From contig JADZBE010000031.1 of NCBI GenBank assembly GCA_020852275.1, forward strand, positions 49,250 to 113,249: 64,000 nt of DNA, in the 5' to 3' direction. This DNA is from Phycisphaerales bacterium (GTDB taxonomy: Bacteria > Planctomycetota > Phycisphaerae > UBA1845). The notes under the pieces were generated by a model. The model did not search any database. It was given only the letters and a program-made list of their open reading frames with translations, and had not been told where the DNA came from. The position numbers and the translations under genes were made by a program. Each line of letters opens with the position of its first letter. The stretch's first letter is position 1. Of this stretch, positions 48,370-58,314 are shown one piece after another.

Positions 48370-48572
48370 GGGAATCACTCCTTTCGTGAATTGAGAACCG
48401 ACGGGGCCCAAGCGGCGCGCACCCCGCGCCTGCCGTGGTCCTCATCGGCAGAATCATCTTCCCACGGCAAGGGCCGTGTATTGCTTATAAATCCTAAGAG
48501 AGATTCGAGGGGGCGGCAAAGGCGCGCCGGCACGGCGCGGCGCGGACAGACGGGCAGAGGAAGCGGGAGGCA

Positions 48573-48630
48573 GGATTTCGGATTTCGGATTGTGGATTTC
48601 GGATTGCGGATTTCAGATCTGAAATCTCAG
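48573..48630. repeat. Heptamer tandem repeat GGATT(T/G)(C/T) followed by palindrome tttcagatctgaaa
   Basis: ggatttc ggatttc ggattgt ggatttc ggattgc ggatttc agatctgaaatc. Confidence 0.85.
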
Positions 48631-48852
48631 ATCACGGATGCCCGGAACCGCCTGATACGCCGGATCGCCTGATGCCCGGGGCCGCCAGATGCGCGGAACC
48701 GCCGGTTGCCCTTGCCAGCCCCGTCGGATTCCCGTGCGGAAAGCCCTTGGCGACTCCAGAACAGGTTCGCCCGGTGCTGCGCCACCGCATTCCTAGTGCG
48801 TCGCCGCCTCATCGCCGGTGCGCCGCCACCTCATTCCCGGAGTCCTGCGCCC

Positions 48853-50901
48853 TCAACTTCCTGTGCTCGCGGCCTGACGGGCCGCCTGCATGATGTCTTC
48901 GACGCCGACGCCGGTGTAAGCAAACACCTCTTCGGCCGTCAGCGCCGATTTGGGCAGGCGCCGGCACGTCAGACCGATCACCCGCAGTCCGCTGGACGGC
49001 GCCGCGTGCGCGGACGAGCCGGGAGCGGCGCGGGGCGAGGCTTTTGGCGCTCCAAGGGACGCGCCAACGTCTCCGTCCGCGGCCGCGGCCTCCGCCAGCT
49101 CCGCGTGCAGGCCGCCGATATAGTTGTCCTCCACGCTGAGGATCGTCCCGCCGCTGGCTCGCGCCGCCTCCAGAATCGCCGACGCATCCAGCGGAAACGC
49201 GTACACGTCGAACACGTTGCAGGAGACGCCCTCGCGCCCAAGTTCCTCCGCGGCCTGCAGCGCCGTGTGCACCATGTATCCGCTGCTGACCAGCGTCAGC
49301 GACTTCCCCTCGCGCAGGCGCTTCCAGCCGGAGAGGTCAAAGCGCTCGGTCGGCGAATACAGAAACGGCGCGTCAGGACGGTGCGTGCGCATGTATGCCA
49401 GACCCGGCGCGCTCGCCATGAGTTCCACGCAGGCATACGCGCTCACCGCGTCCGACGGCTGAAACACGCGACACACCGGCTCGCCGCGCCCGTTGTCCGC
49501 CCGCGTCATGCTGCGGAAGTACGCCACGTCCGGCAGCGACATCTGCGAAGGCCCGTCCGCCCCGAGCGACACGCCCGAATGCGAGCCGACCAGCTTGACG
49601 TTCGCCCGCGTGATGGCCGCCATCTCCACCTGGTCGTACGCCCGCGTGAGGAACTTCGCGAAGCTGCTGACGAACGGAATCTTCCCCGCGGCGGAAAGCC
49701 CCACGGCCGCCGTCACCATGTTCTGCTCGGCGATCTTGCACTCGAAGAACCGCTCCGGATGGCGCTCGGCGAAGAAGTTCGCGTAGGTCGAGTTGCTCAC
49801 GTCGGCGTCGAGGCTCACGACGCGCGCGTCCACGTCTCCCAGTGAGACCAGCGCCGCGCCGTACGCCACGCGCGTGGCCAGCTTCTTCTTCGCCAGCGCC
49901 GCGTCCAAGCCGACGCGCTTCAGCCCGGTGGCAAAATCCGGCAGCCGCACGGGCGCGGATTTCACCGCCGGCTCCACGGGCGCGGACGGCGTCGCCTGAC
50001 GTGCTTCGATGGGTTCATCACTCTCCGGCGAGAGGCTTGCGAGCGTTTCATCGAGCTGCGCCAGCGCGACCGACAGTTGCTCCCGCGTAAGCGGTTTGCC
50101 GTGGTAGTTGCCGGACTGAAGCAGCGGCACGCCCCACCCTTTCACCGTCCGTGCGACGGCGGCCAGCGGCTTTTCACCCTTGCCCGCGCGGGAAAGGATC
50201 GAGGAGACCTGCTGCGGATCGTGCCCGTTGAGCGTCACCGCCTCCCAGCCGAAAGCGGTCGCTTTGGCGCGGATCATCTCGGGCGTCTGCTGATCTGAAA
50301 CATCGCCGGCCTGTCCCTGCCCGTTGCAGTTGAACACGACGCAGACGTTGCGCAAGCCCTTCTCGGCGACGAAGTCCATCGCCTCCCATATCTGCCCCTC
50401 GCGCGATTCGCCGTCGCCGACGAGCACGAAGATGCGCTTGTCTATGCCGTCAAGCCGCGCGGCCAGCGCCAGCCCCGCCGCCGCGGAGAGCCCCTGCCCC
50501 AGCGACCCGGTCGCGGCGTCGAAGAACGGGAACCCTTCGGCCGGGTTGGGGTGGCCGTCGAGCACGCTGTCCAGCTTTCGCAGCGTGAGCAGATCGTCGC
50601 GCGTCAGCCGCTTGCGCTTCTGGCGCGTCCCCACGATTCCGCCCAAGTCCGAGTAGGCGGCGTACACGATCGGGACGGCATGACCCTCGGATAGCACAAG
50701 CCGGTCGGCGGCCGGGTTCCAGGGGTCCGCCGGGTCGAAGCGCATCTCGTGATACATCAACTCGACCACAATGTGCGCCAGCGAGAGGCCGCTGGAGGGG
50801 TGGCCCGACCCCGCCTGCGTCGTCATCTGCAGCACGAGCCGGGACAGCTCGACGGCCTTGGTGTGGAGGGTTTGTCGCGTCGTCGTCGTCGTCGCGGTCA
50901 A
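48853..50901 (-). CDS. tkt: Transketolase (single chain)
   Basis: GSGHPSSGLS, DRLVLSEGHA, LDGHPNP, ATGSLGQGLS, GDGESREGQIWEA, IAEQNMV, GADGPSQM, YMRTHRP. Confidence 0.93.
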   Translation of the reverse strand: MTATTTTTRQTLHTKAVELSRLVLQMTTQAGSGHPSSGLSLAHIVVELMYHEMRFDPADPWNPAADRLVLSEGHAVPIVYAAYSDLGGIVGTRQKRKRLTRDDLLTLRKLDSVLDGHPNPAEGFPFFDAATGSLGQGLSAAAGLALAARLDGIDKRIFVLVGDGESREGQIWEAMDFVAEKGLRNVCVVFNCNGQGQAGDVSDQQTPEMIRAKATAFGWEAVTLNGHDPQQVSSILSRAGKGEKPLAAVARTVKGWGVPLLQSGNYHGKPLTREQLSVALAQLDETLASLSPESDEPIEARQATPSAPVEPAVKSAPVRLPDFATGLKRVGLDAALAKKKLATRVAYGAALVSLGDVDARVVSLDADVSNSTYANFFAERHPERFFECKIAEQNMVTAAVGLSAAGKIPFVSSFAKFLTRAYDQVEMAAITRANVKLVGSHSGVSLGADGPSQMSLPDVAYFRSMTRADNGRGEPVCRVFQPSDAVSAYACVELMASAPGLAYMRTHRPDAPFLYSPTERFDLSGWKRLREGKSLTLVSSGYMVHTALQAAEELGREGVSCNVFDVYAFPLDASAILEAARASGGTILSVEDNYIGGLHAELAEAAAADGDVGASLGAPKASPRAAPGSSAHAAPSSGLRVIGLTCRRLPKSALTAEEVFAYTGVGVEDIMQAARQAASTGS

Positions 50902-50912
50902 GTGGATTCTCC

Positions 50913-50972
50913 CGTTTGCGTTTGCTGTTGCGCCGGCGTTTGCGTGTGCGGCTGCTCTTGCGTTTGCGTTTC
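50913..50972. repeat. Hexamer tandem repeat (cgtttg consensus, 10 units) upstream of tkt
   Basis: cgtttg cgtttg ctgttg cgccgg cgtttg cgtgtg cggctg ctcttg cgtttg cgtttc. Confidence 0.75.
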
Positions 50973-51103
50973 AGAATCAGGCGCTCGCCGGTCACCACGG
51001 CGGGCCGTCCCCCGAAACCGAGCGAGAAGTTAGACGGGGCGGGCAGCGCGTTCAAGAAAGACCCTCCCCGTCGGCGCGCCGACCGGGTATGCTGACGTGC
51101 CGC

Positions 51104-52303
51104 ATGAACCCGCTGGTGCTCTTCGAAGATCAGGGATGGACCCGATTCGAGCCGCTGCTCGCGTGGCGCAGCCTGCCGGAGCTGGTGCTGGGTAGGCATT
51201 CGCTGCTGGCGCGGTGCGAACGCCAGGCCGGGAGCAAGGCCACCGGGCTGCTGGTTCGATCCTGGATGCGCGAGGTCGCGGCAGAGCGGAGTTCGCTTGC
51301 GGTGAATGCCGCCCTGCCGCCCGACGCCCTGCTCGTGAACGCGCGCTGGCTGGGGTCGCCGGTCAACCCGTCTTCGCGTGCGCCGCTTGTCGGGCGGGGC
51401 AGGGATGGCGTCGCCTGGATCTGTTGTGATGCCGGGTTGGCTTCTCGCATCAGCGCGGAGGTGCTTCTGTCCCCGTCGGCGCTGGATGCGGCCTTGAAGG
51501 ATGTGCCAGTTGTCGAGGCCGAGGGCGATTGGCTTTGCGGGCCGTGGGACCTCGTCGCGCGCTTGGGCGACGCGCTCCGCTCGGAATGGCGTGCCGGCGA
51601 CGCCGGTCATGCATTCCCCCTTCCTCCATTTGTTCATGTCGCAAATTCGGATCAGATTCACGTCGGCCCATCGTGTGTCTTCCAAGGACCTTGCGTCGTG
51701 GACGCCTCGGAAGGGCCGATCTTCATCGACGAACAAGTGCACGTCGGCGCCTTCGCGGTGATCGAGGGCCCCTGCTTCATCGGCCCGCGGTCGCGCATCA
51801 ACGCGCACGCTTGGCTGCACGGCGCGAATCGCATTGGCCCGGTCTGCAAGATCGGCGGCGAGATCGACGGCTGCGTCTTTCAAGGGCATTCCAACAAGCA
51901 ACACGCCGGGTTCCTCGGGCATTCCTATGTCGCAAGCTGGGTCAACCTGGGCGCGGGAACGTCGAACTCGGATTTGAAAAACACGTACGGCAGCGTGCGC
52001 GTGCGCGTCGGAGGCGAAGAAGTTGACACGCGATGCCAGTTCTTCGGCGCGATCATCGCCGACCACGCGAAGACCGGCATCAACACGGCCATTCCGACCG
52101 GCGCCGCGCTTGGATTTGCCTCGATGGCGGCGGGCGGCGGGCTGATCCCCAAGTCATTGCCCGCGTTCGCATGGCTCACCGAGCGCGGACTGGCGCAGGG
52201 CGACCCATGGAGGCTTGTCGAAGTGGCGGAAAAAGTCATGGCGCGGCGGCGGATGTCCATGACGAAAGCCGAGCGGGCGCTGTTCCTGCGGCCGCCGGTG
52301 TAG
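51104..52303 (+). CDS. GlmU-like putative sugar nucleotidyltransferase with left-handed beta-helix
   Basis: VLFED, LL..R...EL.LG, LLVNARW, GPIFIDE, IEGPCFIG, IGPVCKIGGE, SNKQHAGFLGHSY...WVNLGAGT.NSDLKNTYG. Confidence 0.85.
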   Translation: MNPLVLFEDQGWTRFEPLLAWRSLPELVLGRHSLLARCERQAGSKATGLLVRSWMREVAAERSSLAVNAALPPDALLVNARWLGSPVNPSSRAPLVGRGRDGVAWICCDAGLASRISAEVLLSPSALDAALKDVPVVEAEGDWLCGPWDLVARLGDALRSEWRAGDAGHAFPLPPFVHVANSDQIHVGPSCVFQGPCVVDASEGPIFIDEQVHVGAFAVIEGPCFIGPRSRINAHAWLHGANRIGPVCKIGGEIDGCVFQGHSNKQHAGFLGHSYVASWVNLGAGTSNSDLKNTYGSVRVRVGGEEVDTRCQFFGAIIADHAKTGINTAIPTGAALGFASMAAGGGLIPKSLPAFAWLTERGLAQGDPWRLVEVAEKVMARRRMSMTKAERALFLRPPV

Positions 52304-52503
52304 CGCGCGCGGCACGATGCCAGCGGCCACGGCGCCGATCGTCATCGTCAATTCTGATTTTGGCGAGGAGAGTTTGTCTTATTCAAAGATCGCCGCCCGA
52401 TCGGCAAATTCGGGTCTTCCAGAACCTCGCACCTTCACCAGATTGGAAGCCAATGCGACGCGCCAAGGATATTGTGAATACACCTCCCGAGAAACAATTC
52501 ACC

Positions 52504-54249
52504 ATGCGCATCTTCACTTCCACCTTGTTGTGTCCTGCCATCCTTCAGCTCTGTGCCTCGGCCATGGCGCTGGATGGCCCGAAACCCGACGAGGTTGCAT
52601 GGCTGAAGGAACACGCCATTTCCCTGAAAACCGTTGAGGCTGGACATGGCTTTGATGATCTTCAGGCGCTCAAGCAGCTCATAGGCGAAGCGCGCGTCGT
52701 CGCCCTGGGCGAATGCACACACGGCACGCGTGAAGTTTTTCAGATGAAGCACCGGCTCGTGGAGTTCCTCGCCGCCGAAATGGGCTTCACGGTTTTCTCC
52801 ATCGAAGCCAACATGCCGGAGTCCTGCGCCGTCAGCGACTATGCCGTGCGCGGACAGGGCGACCCCCGGAGGCTCCTGGATGGCATGTACTTCTGGACGT
52901 GGAACACGCAGGAAGTGCTCGACATGATCGAATGGATGCGCGCGTTCAACGCCGCGGGAAGGGGGCGCATCGCCTTCACCGGTTTTGACATGCAGACGCC
53001 CGATGTCGCCATGGGCATTGTCACGGAATTCCTCAAGCGCGCGGACCCAGCCTACGCCGGTCAGGCCGAGCAATCGTATGCCCTCGCCGGACATCGCACC
53101 GACGCTGAGCCGGCGGCGCCGTACTGCACGCTCGTGGGCACGTTTCCTTTGGATAACTGCCTTGGGAAGCAGATTCGTTTCACGGGTCAGATCAAGACGG
53201 AGGGCGTCACGCGCCCGCAGGCCGGCCTGTGGTGGCGCGTCGATGGACCGGACGGGGTGCTTGCATTCGACAATATGCACGACCGTGCACCCACCGGGAC
53301 GACGGACTGGAAACTGTTTACCATTACCCTCGACGTCCCCCGAGATGCCGTCAACATCAACTTCGGCCTGCTTGACACCGGGGACGGCGTTGTGTGGTTT
53401 GACGATCTGGCTGTCGAGATTGACGGACGGCGGCTCGCTCTTGTGGGTCAGTTCGACCTTGACTTCGAGCAGTTTCAATCCGCTGCGCCCCTCGGCTTTT
53501 CCCTCAATTCCAACCAATACCTCGTCGGACCGGATGTTTCCGTTTTCAAATCCGGCAGACAGAGTCTTCGGGTCGAGCATCGTGCCAAGGCCCCATCGCC
53601 GAGATCCCCACAACCTCGCCCCGCTGACATCAGCGCAGCCTGCAAGGCGGTCCTTGAGCACATGGATGCATCGAAAACGCAGTACGCGGCCCTCACATCC
53701 CAGCGTGATGCTGACTGGGCAATACAGAATGCACGCGTCGTTGCTCAGTGCGAACAGATGAAAGCCAACGAGATTTCGCGCGATGAAAGCATGGCGCGCA
53801 ATGTACAGTGGATCTTGGAGCATGAACCGCAAGGCGCGCGCATCGTGCTGTGGGCCCACAATGGGCACGTTCACAATCGCCCTGGCGCCATGGGCTCATG
53901 GCTGCGACGCACCTATGGCAAGGACTACGTTGTGCTGGGCTTCGCTTGCGGCGAAGGACGGTACACGGCCATAGGCAACGACGGGCTGGGCATTTATCCC
54001 CTCCAACCCCCGCCGGCGGACAGCGTGGATGCTTTCTTCCGTGCCGCACAAATCCCCATCGGAGTCCTGGATCTTCGCACCGCCTCCAAGGACGACGCCT
54101 CAAGCGCCTGGCTGACGCAGGCCCGCCCGTTCCGCATGATCGGAGCGCTGGCGACCGACTTTCAATTCGGGGCGTGCAATGTTCAGGAATGCTACGACGC
54201 CCTCATATACATCGACCAGACGACGCCCACGCGAAGCCTGCGCAACTAA
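52504..54249 (+). CDS. Secreted erythromycin-esterase (Ere) family protein with an inserted carbohydrate-binding-like domain
   Basis: VVALGECTHGTREVFQMKHRL, GFTVFSIEA, FWTWNTQEV..MIEWMR, RDESMA.NV, IVLWAHNGHV; insert 'AGLWWRVDG...FDNM...GTTDW...VWFDDL'. Confidence 0.88.
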   Translation: MRIFTSTLLCPAILQLCASAMALDGPKPDEVAWLKEHAISLKTVEAGHGFDDLQALKQLIGEARVVALGECTHGTREVFQMKHRLVEFLAAEMGFTVFSIEANMPESCAVSDYAVRGQGDPRRLLDGMYFWTWNTQEVLDMIEWMRAFNAAGRGRIAFTGFDMQTPDVAMGIVTEFLKRADPAYAGQAEQSYALAGHRTDAEPAAPYCTLVGTFPLDNCLGKQIRFTGQIKTEGVTRPQAGLWWRVDGPDGVLAFDNMHDRAPTGTTDWKLFTITLDVPRDAVNINFGLLDTGDGVVWFDDLAVEIDGRRLALVGQFDLDFEQFQSAAPLGFSLNSNQYLVGPDVSVFKSGRQSLRVEHRAKAPSPRSPQPRPADISAACKAVLEHMDASKTQYAALTSQRDADWAIQNARVVAQCEQMKANEISRDESMARNVQWILEHEPQGARIVLWAHNGHVHNRPGAMGSWLRRTYGKDYVVLGFACGEGRYTAIGNDGLGIYPLQPPPADSVDAFFRAAQIPIGVLDLRTASKDDASSAWLTQARPFRMIGALATDFQFGACNVQECYDALIYIDQTTPTRSLRN

Positions 54250-54382
54250 TCGGATGGGGAACCGGCATCCCTTTCGCAAGCCTGCTTTCAATGGCGGGAC
54301 CGCCCGCCCTGTCCCGCTGAATTGCCTCCGAGGTCATGGTCGCCGCACGCGTCCGGCTCCATCGCCCTTGAAGGCCGCCGCA

Positions 54383-55855
54383 TTACAAAAACAACAGCGT
54401 CACGCCGACAAACAACGGAACGAGAATGCCAACGGAATAGACCATGTACCCGAAGAAGCTCGGCATCTTCACGCCCGACTGTTCGGCGATGCTCTTGACC
54501 ATGAAGTTCGGGCCGTTTCCAATATAGGTGTTGGCGCCCATGAACACCGCTCCCAGCGAAATGGCCACGAGCAGATCCTGCCGGATGAAATTGCCGTCCA
54601 GCAACTGAAAGACCCCCGGGCCGGCCTGATGGGTCATCGAGTTGGCGATCTGAAAAAACACAAGATAGGTCGGCGCGTTGTCCAGGAAACTGGACAATGC
54701 TCCCGTGACCCAGAAGAATTTCCAGGGCGCATCCAGCACCTTGCCAATATCGTCGCCGCCGGCGCGCAGCAGCTCCAGCGGCGGCTGCATGGAAATAAAT
54801 ATCCCGATGAAGAGAACGGCCACTTCGATGATCGCTGTGTAGTTGAACTGGTTGGCTTCGCGGACGGATGACGGCGTGCGCCACAGCGAAACCGCGACCA
54901 TCCCCAGCATGGCCATTTCGCGCAGGAAATGCGGCGCGACCAGCGCCGTGCCCGGCAGCGCCTCGCCCGGCTTGATCAGCGCCACGCACAGCACCACGCC
55001 CAACAGCAGCAGCAGATTGCCGCCGCCCCGCAATGTGAGCCGGCGCACCTGCGTTTCATCCAGCACAAGATCCCGCAGCGTCTCATGCCGATAGGCCGCA
55101 CGATCCCAGAAGTAATACACCATCAGCAACCCCGCGGAAAGAAACAGCCACTCCTTCCACAGATTGAGAGTCCACAAGAACGGAACGCCCTGCAGATACC
55201 CCAGAAAGAGCGGCGGATCACCGATGGGAAGAAGGCATCCGCCGACGTTGCTTACCAGGAAAATAAAAAAGATCACGGTGTGCTTGACGTGCCTGCGCTC
55301 GGAATTGGTTTGGAGCAGCGGGCGAATCAGCAACATGCTCGCTCCGGTTGTCCCGATCAGGCTCGCCAGCGCCGCGCCGATGCCAAGAAAGGCCGTATTG
55401 GTCAGCGGATGCGCGGGCAGGTCGCCCTTCAGGTTGATGCCCCCGCTGATCACATAAAGACAGAAAAGGAGAATGATGAAGGGCAGATACTCCTCCGCCA
55501 TCGAGTGGATCAAGGCCTTTTCCACGCCATGCCATCCGCGCGTGGCCGCGTAGTACAGCAGCGCCATCCCGGCGAAGCCCGCGGAAACAATGAGTTTATT
55601 GCGGTTGTGTTCCCACCAATGCTGCGTCCTCGAAATCAGCGGCAGAACGGCGATGCTCAGGAGCATTCCCACAAATGGCAGCACGGCCAGAGCCGACGGC
55701 GCAGGCGCCTGGATATCATGCCCGGATGCGTGCGTCGTCAGAAACCGATAGACGACCCATCCCAACAGGACCACGCCCGAAGCGGCCGCCAGGCGCGTTC
55801 CCCATTGCGCTGCCACCGAGGGCGCTGCGCCTGCCTGTTGTTGCCTGTCGTTCAT
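54383..55855 (-). CDS. Putative sodium:proton antiporter / ion-transporter superfamily membrane protein
   Basis: PFVGMLLSIAVLP, EYLPFIILLFCLYVISGG, IGTTGASMLLIRP, PIGDPPLFLGYL.GVPF, LSSFLDNAPTYL, TYIGNGPNFMVK. Confidence 0.88.
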   Translation of the reverse strand: MNDRQQQAGAAPSVAAQWGTRLAAASGVVLLGWVVYRFLTTHASGHDIQAPAPSALAVLPFVGMLLSIAVLPLISRTQHWWEHNRNKLIVSAGFAGMALLYYAATRGWHGVEKALIHSMAEEYLPFIILLFCLYVISGGINLKGDLPAHPLTNTAFLGIGAALASLIGTTGASMLLIRPLLQTNSERRHVKHTVIFFIFLVSNVGGCLLPIGDPPLFLGYLQGVPFLWTLNLWKEWLFLSAGLLMVYYFWDRAAYRHETLRDLVLDETQVRRLTLRGGGNLLLLLGVVLCVALIKPGEALPGTALVAPHFLREMAMLGMVAVSLWRTPSSVREANQFNYTAIIEVAVLFIGIFISMQPPLELLRAGGDDIGKVLDAPWKFFWVTGALSSFLDNAPTYLVFFQIANSMTHQAGPGVFQLLDGNFIRQDLLVAISLGAVFMGANTYIGNGPNFMVKSIAEQSGVKMPSFFGYMVYSVGILVPLFVGVTLLFL

Positions 55856-55922
55856 TTCTGCGCAGCAGCCCCGGCGATGAAGTAACAGTCTGCGGTGAAA
55901 CTCGAGACCGAACGCGAGAGGT

Positions 55923-56056
55923 CGTCACCCCCGCGCAGGCGGGGGTCCAGTCCGTCCGGGAAAGCCCCAGGATTCCTGCCTGCTCGCCGGCCGCCGCCTG
56001 GATTCCCGCCTTCGCGGGAATGACGAAGCTGGAGACCCGCCTTCGAAAGAATGACG
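55923..56056. repeat. CGTC-tagged REP composite 7 (B forward, 3 x A reverse)
   Basis: cgtcacccccgcgcaggcgggggtccag; reverse copies at about 55968 (degenerate), 55998 (ctggattcccgccttcgcgggaatgacg) and 56029. Confidence 0.9.
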
Positions 56057-56097
56057 AGCATCGCCAGTCACTCGAGGCCCGCCTCGGTGGAAATCCA

Positions 56098-57522
56098 TCA
56101 AATAAGCTTGGTCTCTCCCGGCACGGGCACCGGTGCGATCGGCAGCGAGCTGAACTCATAATGCGGCGGCGTCAGATCGAGCTGCGAGGCGTTCATCACC
56201 CAGTTCCATGATACCTCGCGCCCCGTGTAGGCGGACATGCGACCCATGATGGCGGTCAGCGTGCTCTCGGCGATGCGCTTGCCTTCGTTGAGCGGCCGTC
56301 CCGCGCGGATGCTCGCGATGAGATCCTTGTGTTCCACCACATAAGGATTGACCGGCTCGCCCTCCGGCTGCTCATACTTCCACGTTTTTTCCTTGGACCA
56401 CCCATGCTTGTCCACGTGGATGGTGCCATTGGGGTCCGCCCATCCGCGCGTGCCGACGACGTGCTCGCTGACCCGGTCGGAGCAGCCCGGCATCTGCCGC
56501 GCCATGCTCATCACACGGCGCCCGCCCGAGTATTCGTACTCAATCGCGAAGTGATCGAAAATATTGCCGAACTTGGCATCTATGCGCACCTGCCGCCCGC
56601 CCGTGCCCACGCACTTGGTCGGCGGGCCGCCCATCGCCCAGTTCATCACGTCGAGATTGTGCACGTGCTGCTCGACAATATGGTCGCCGGACAACCAGCA
56701 GAAATACAGCCAGTTGCGGCACTGCCACTCCATGTCCGACCATTCCGCCTTCTTCTCGACCACCCACAATGCACCCTGATTCCAATAGCATTGCCCGCCG
56801 ACAACTTCGCCGATCTCCCCGTCGAGAATGCGATTCAGCGTCTCGACATACGCAGGGTCGTGCCGCCGCTGCGTCCCGCACACGATCGCCAACCCGCGCT
56901 CCGCGGCCAGTTCCGACGAAGCAATCACACTGCGAACGCCGACCGGGTCCACCGCGACGGGCTTCTCCATGAACACGTGCTTGCGCGCCTCCATGGCGGC
57001 TTTCAGGTGCATTGGGCGGAAGTGCGGCGGCGTGGCAAGAATCACTATGTCCACGCCCGCGGCGAGCACGTGCTTGTAGTTGTCAAAACCGGTGAAGCAA
57101 CGGTCATCCGTAACCTTGAGTTTGTCGCCCAGATCCTTCAGCGCCTCCCGGCAGCTCTTGACACGCTCGTCCAGCAGGTCGCCCAGCGCTACAATCTCCA
57201 CGTTGGGCGATGAAGTGACCGCATCGCGCGCCGCCCCGGTCCCGCGCCCGCCGCAGCCGATCAGCCCGACGCGCAACCGATCGGGCATCTTGCCCCGATC
57301 GGTCATCACCGCCGGCGCCCCGCGCGTTCCCGAAGTCGCACAGCCCCCCGCGAGCGCCACAGCGGATGCCGCGGCGGATGCAGCGAGAAAAGTGCGACGA
57401 GAAACATCCGAGGCCTCGGCGGGACGAACGTCCGACACCGGCAAGCCCATGCTGACCGCCTCGCTTCCGCCCCCATTGCCGAAATCGCCAACCTGCGTGC
57501 CGGCTTGCTGCAGTTCCATCAT
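56098..57522 (-). CDS. Tat-exported Gfo/Idh/MocA family oxidoreductase
   Basis: SRRTFL Tat motif; VGLIGCGGRGTGA, ILATPPHFRP, HVFMEKPVA, GTQRRH, GDHIVEQHVHNLD. Confidence 0.93.
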   Translation of the reverse strand: MMELQQAGTQVGDFGNGGGSEAVSMGLPVSDVRPAEASDVSRRTFLAASAAASAVALAGGCATSGTRGAPAVMTDRGKMPDRLRVGLIGCGGRGTGAARDAVTSSPNVEIVALGDLLDERVKSCREALKDLGDKLKVTDDRCFTGFDNYKHVLAAGVDIVILATPPHFRPMHLKAAMEARKHVFMEKPVAVDPVGVRSVIASSELAAERGLAIVCGTQRRHDPAYVETLNRILDGEIGEVVGGQCYWNQGALWVVEKKAEWSDMEWQCRNWLYFCWLSGDHIVEQHVHNLDVMNWAMGGPPTKCVGTGGRQVRIDAKFGNIFDHFAIEYEYSGGRRVMSMARQMPGCSDRVSEHVVGTRGWADPNGTIHVDKHGWSKEKTWKYEQPEGEPVNPYVVEHKDLIASIRAGRPLNEGKRIAESTLTAIMGRMSAYTGREVSWNWVMNASQLDLTPPHYEFSSLPIAPVPVPGETKLI

Positions 57523-57570
57523 GCTCTCCTCTCACTGGGTGACTTTAGCCCCTCGTGCCGCCTCCATGCG

Positions 57571-58314
57571 CTACATGTACATCCCGCCGTTGACGGCGAC
57601 AACCTGCCCGGTGATGTACGACGCCCGCGGGTCCGCGAGGAAGCGCACCGCCCAGGCGATCTCCTCCGGTTCGCCGAGCCGCCCCAGCGGGGTGATCGTC
57701 TTGACCTGCTCGATGACGCGATCCGGCACGCCTTTCATCATGTCCGTGTTGATGTACCCCGGCGCCACGCAGTTGACGGTGATCCCCTTCTTCGCCACCT
57801 CGCGCGCCAGCGATTTGGTGAACGAGATGATCCCGCCCTTGGCCGCCGCGTAGTTCGACTGCCCGTAGTTGCCCATCTGCCCGACGATGGAGGTGATGTT
57901 GATGATGCGCCCGAAGCCGGCCTCGCACATGCTGGGGATCAGCGCGTGCGCCGTATTGAACGGACCGCCGAGATTGGTGCGGATCACGTCGTCCCACTCG
58001 GCGCGGGTCAGCTTCAGGAACGTGCGGTCGCGGTTGATGCCCGCGTTGTTGACGAGGATGTGAATCTGGCCGAACTCGCGGTGCGCCTCCGCCACCATGC
58101 CCTCGACCGCCGCCATGTCGGCCACGTCCGCGCGGATGGCCTTGGCGCGCGATCCCGATGCGACGATGAGGTCCACGACCTCGCGCGCCGCCGCCTCGCT
58201 GGACGCGTAGTTGACGATGACGTCGCAACCGGCCTCGCCGAGGGACATCGCTATGGCGCGTCCGATCCCGCGTGAAGCGCCGGTCACGAGGGCGACTCTG
58301 CCTTTGAGATTCAT
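57571..58314 (-). CDS. fabG: SDR reductase, FabG/PhbB type (3-oxoacyl-ACP or acetoacetyl-CoA reductase)
   Basis: VALVTGASRGIG, LVNNAGINRD, NYAAAK (YxxxK), VNCVAPGYINTDM, VNGGMYM. Confidence 0.85.
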   Translation of the reverse strand: MNLKGRVALVTGASRGIGRAIAMSLGEAGCDVIVNYASSEAAAREVVDLIVASGSRAKAIRADVADMAAVEGMVAEAHREFGQIHILVNNAGINRDRTFLKLTRAEWDDVIRTNLGGPFNTAHALIPSMCEAGFGRIINITSIVGQMGNYGQSNYAAAKGGIISFTKSLAREVAKKGITVNCVAPGYINTDMMKGVPDRVIEQVKTITPLGRLGEPEEIAWAVRFLADPRASYITGQVVAVNGGMYM

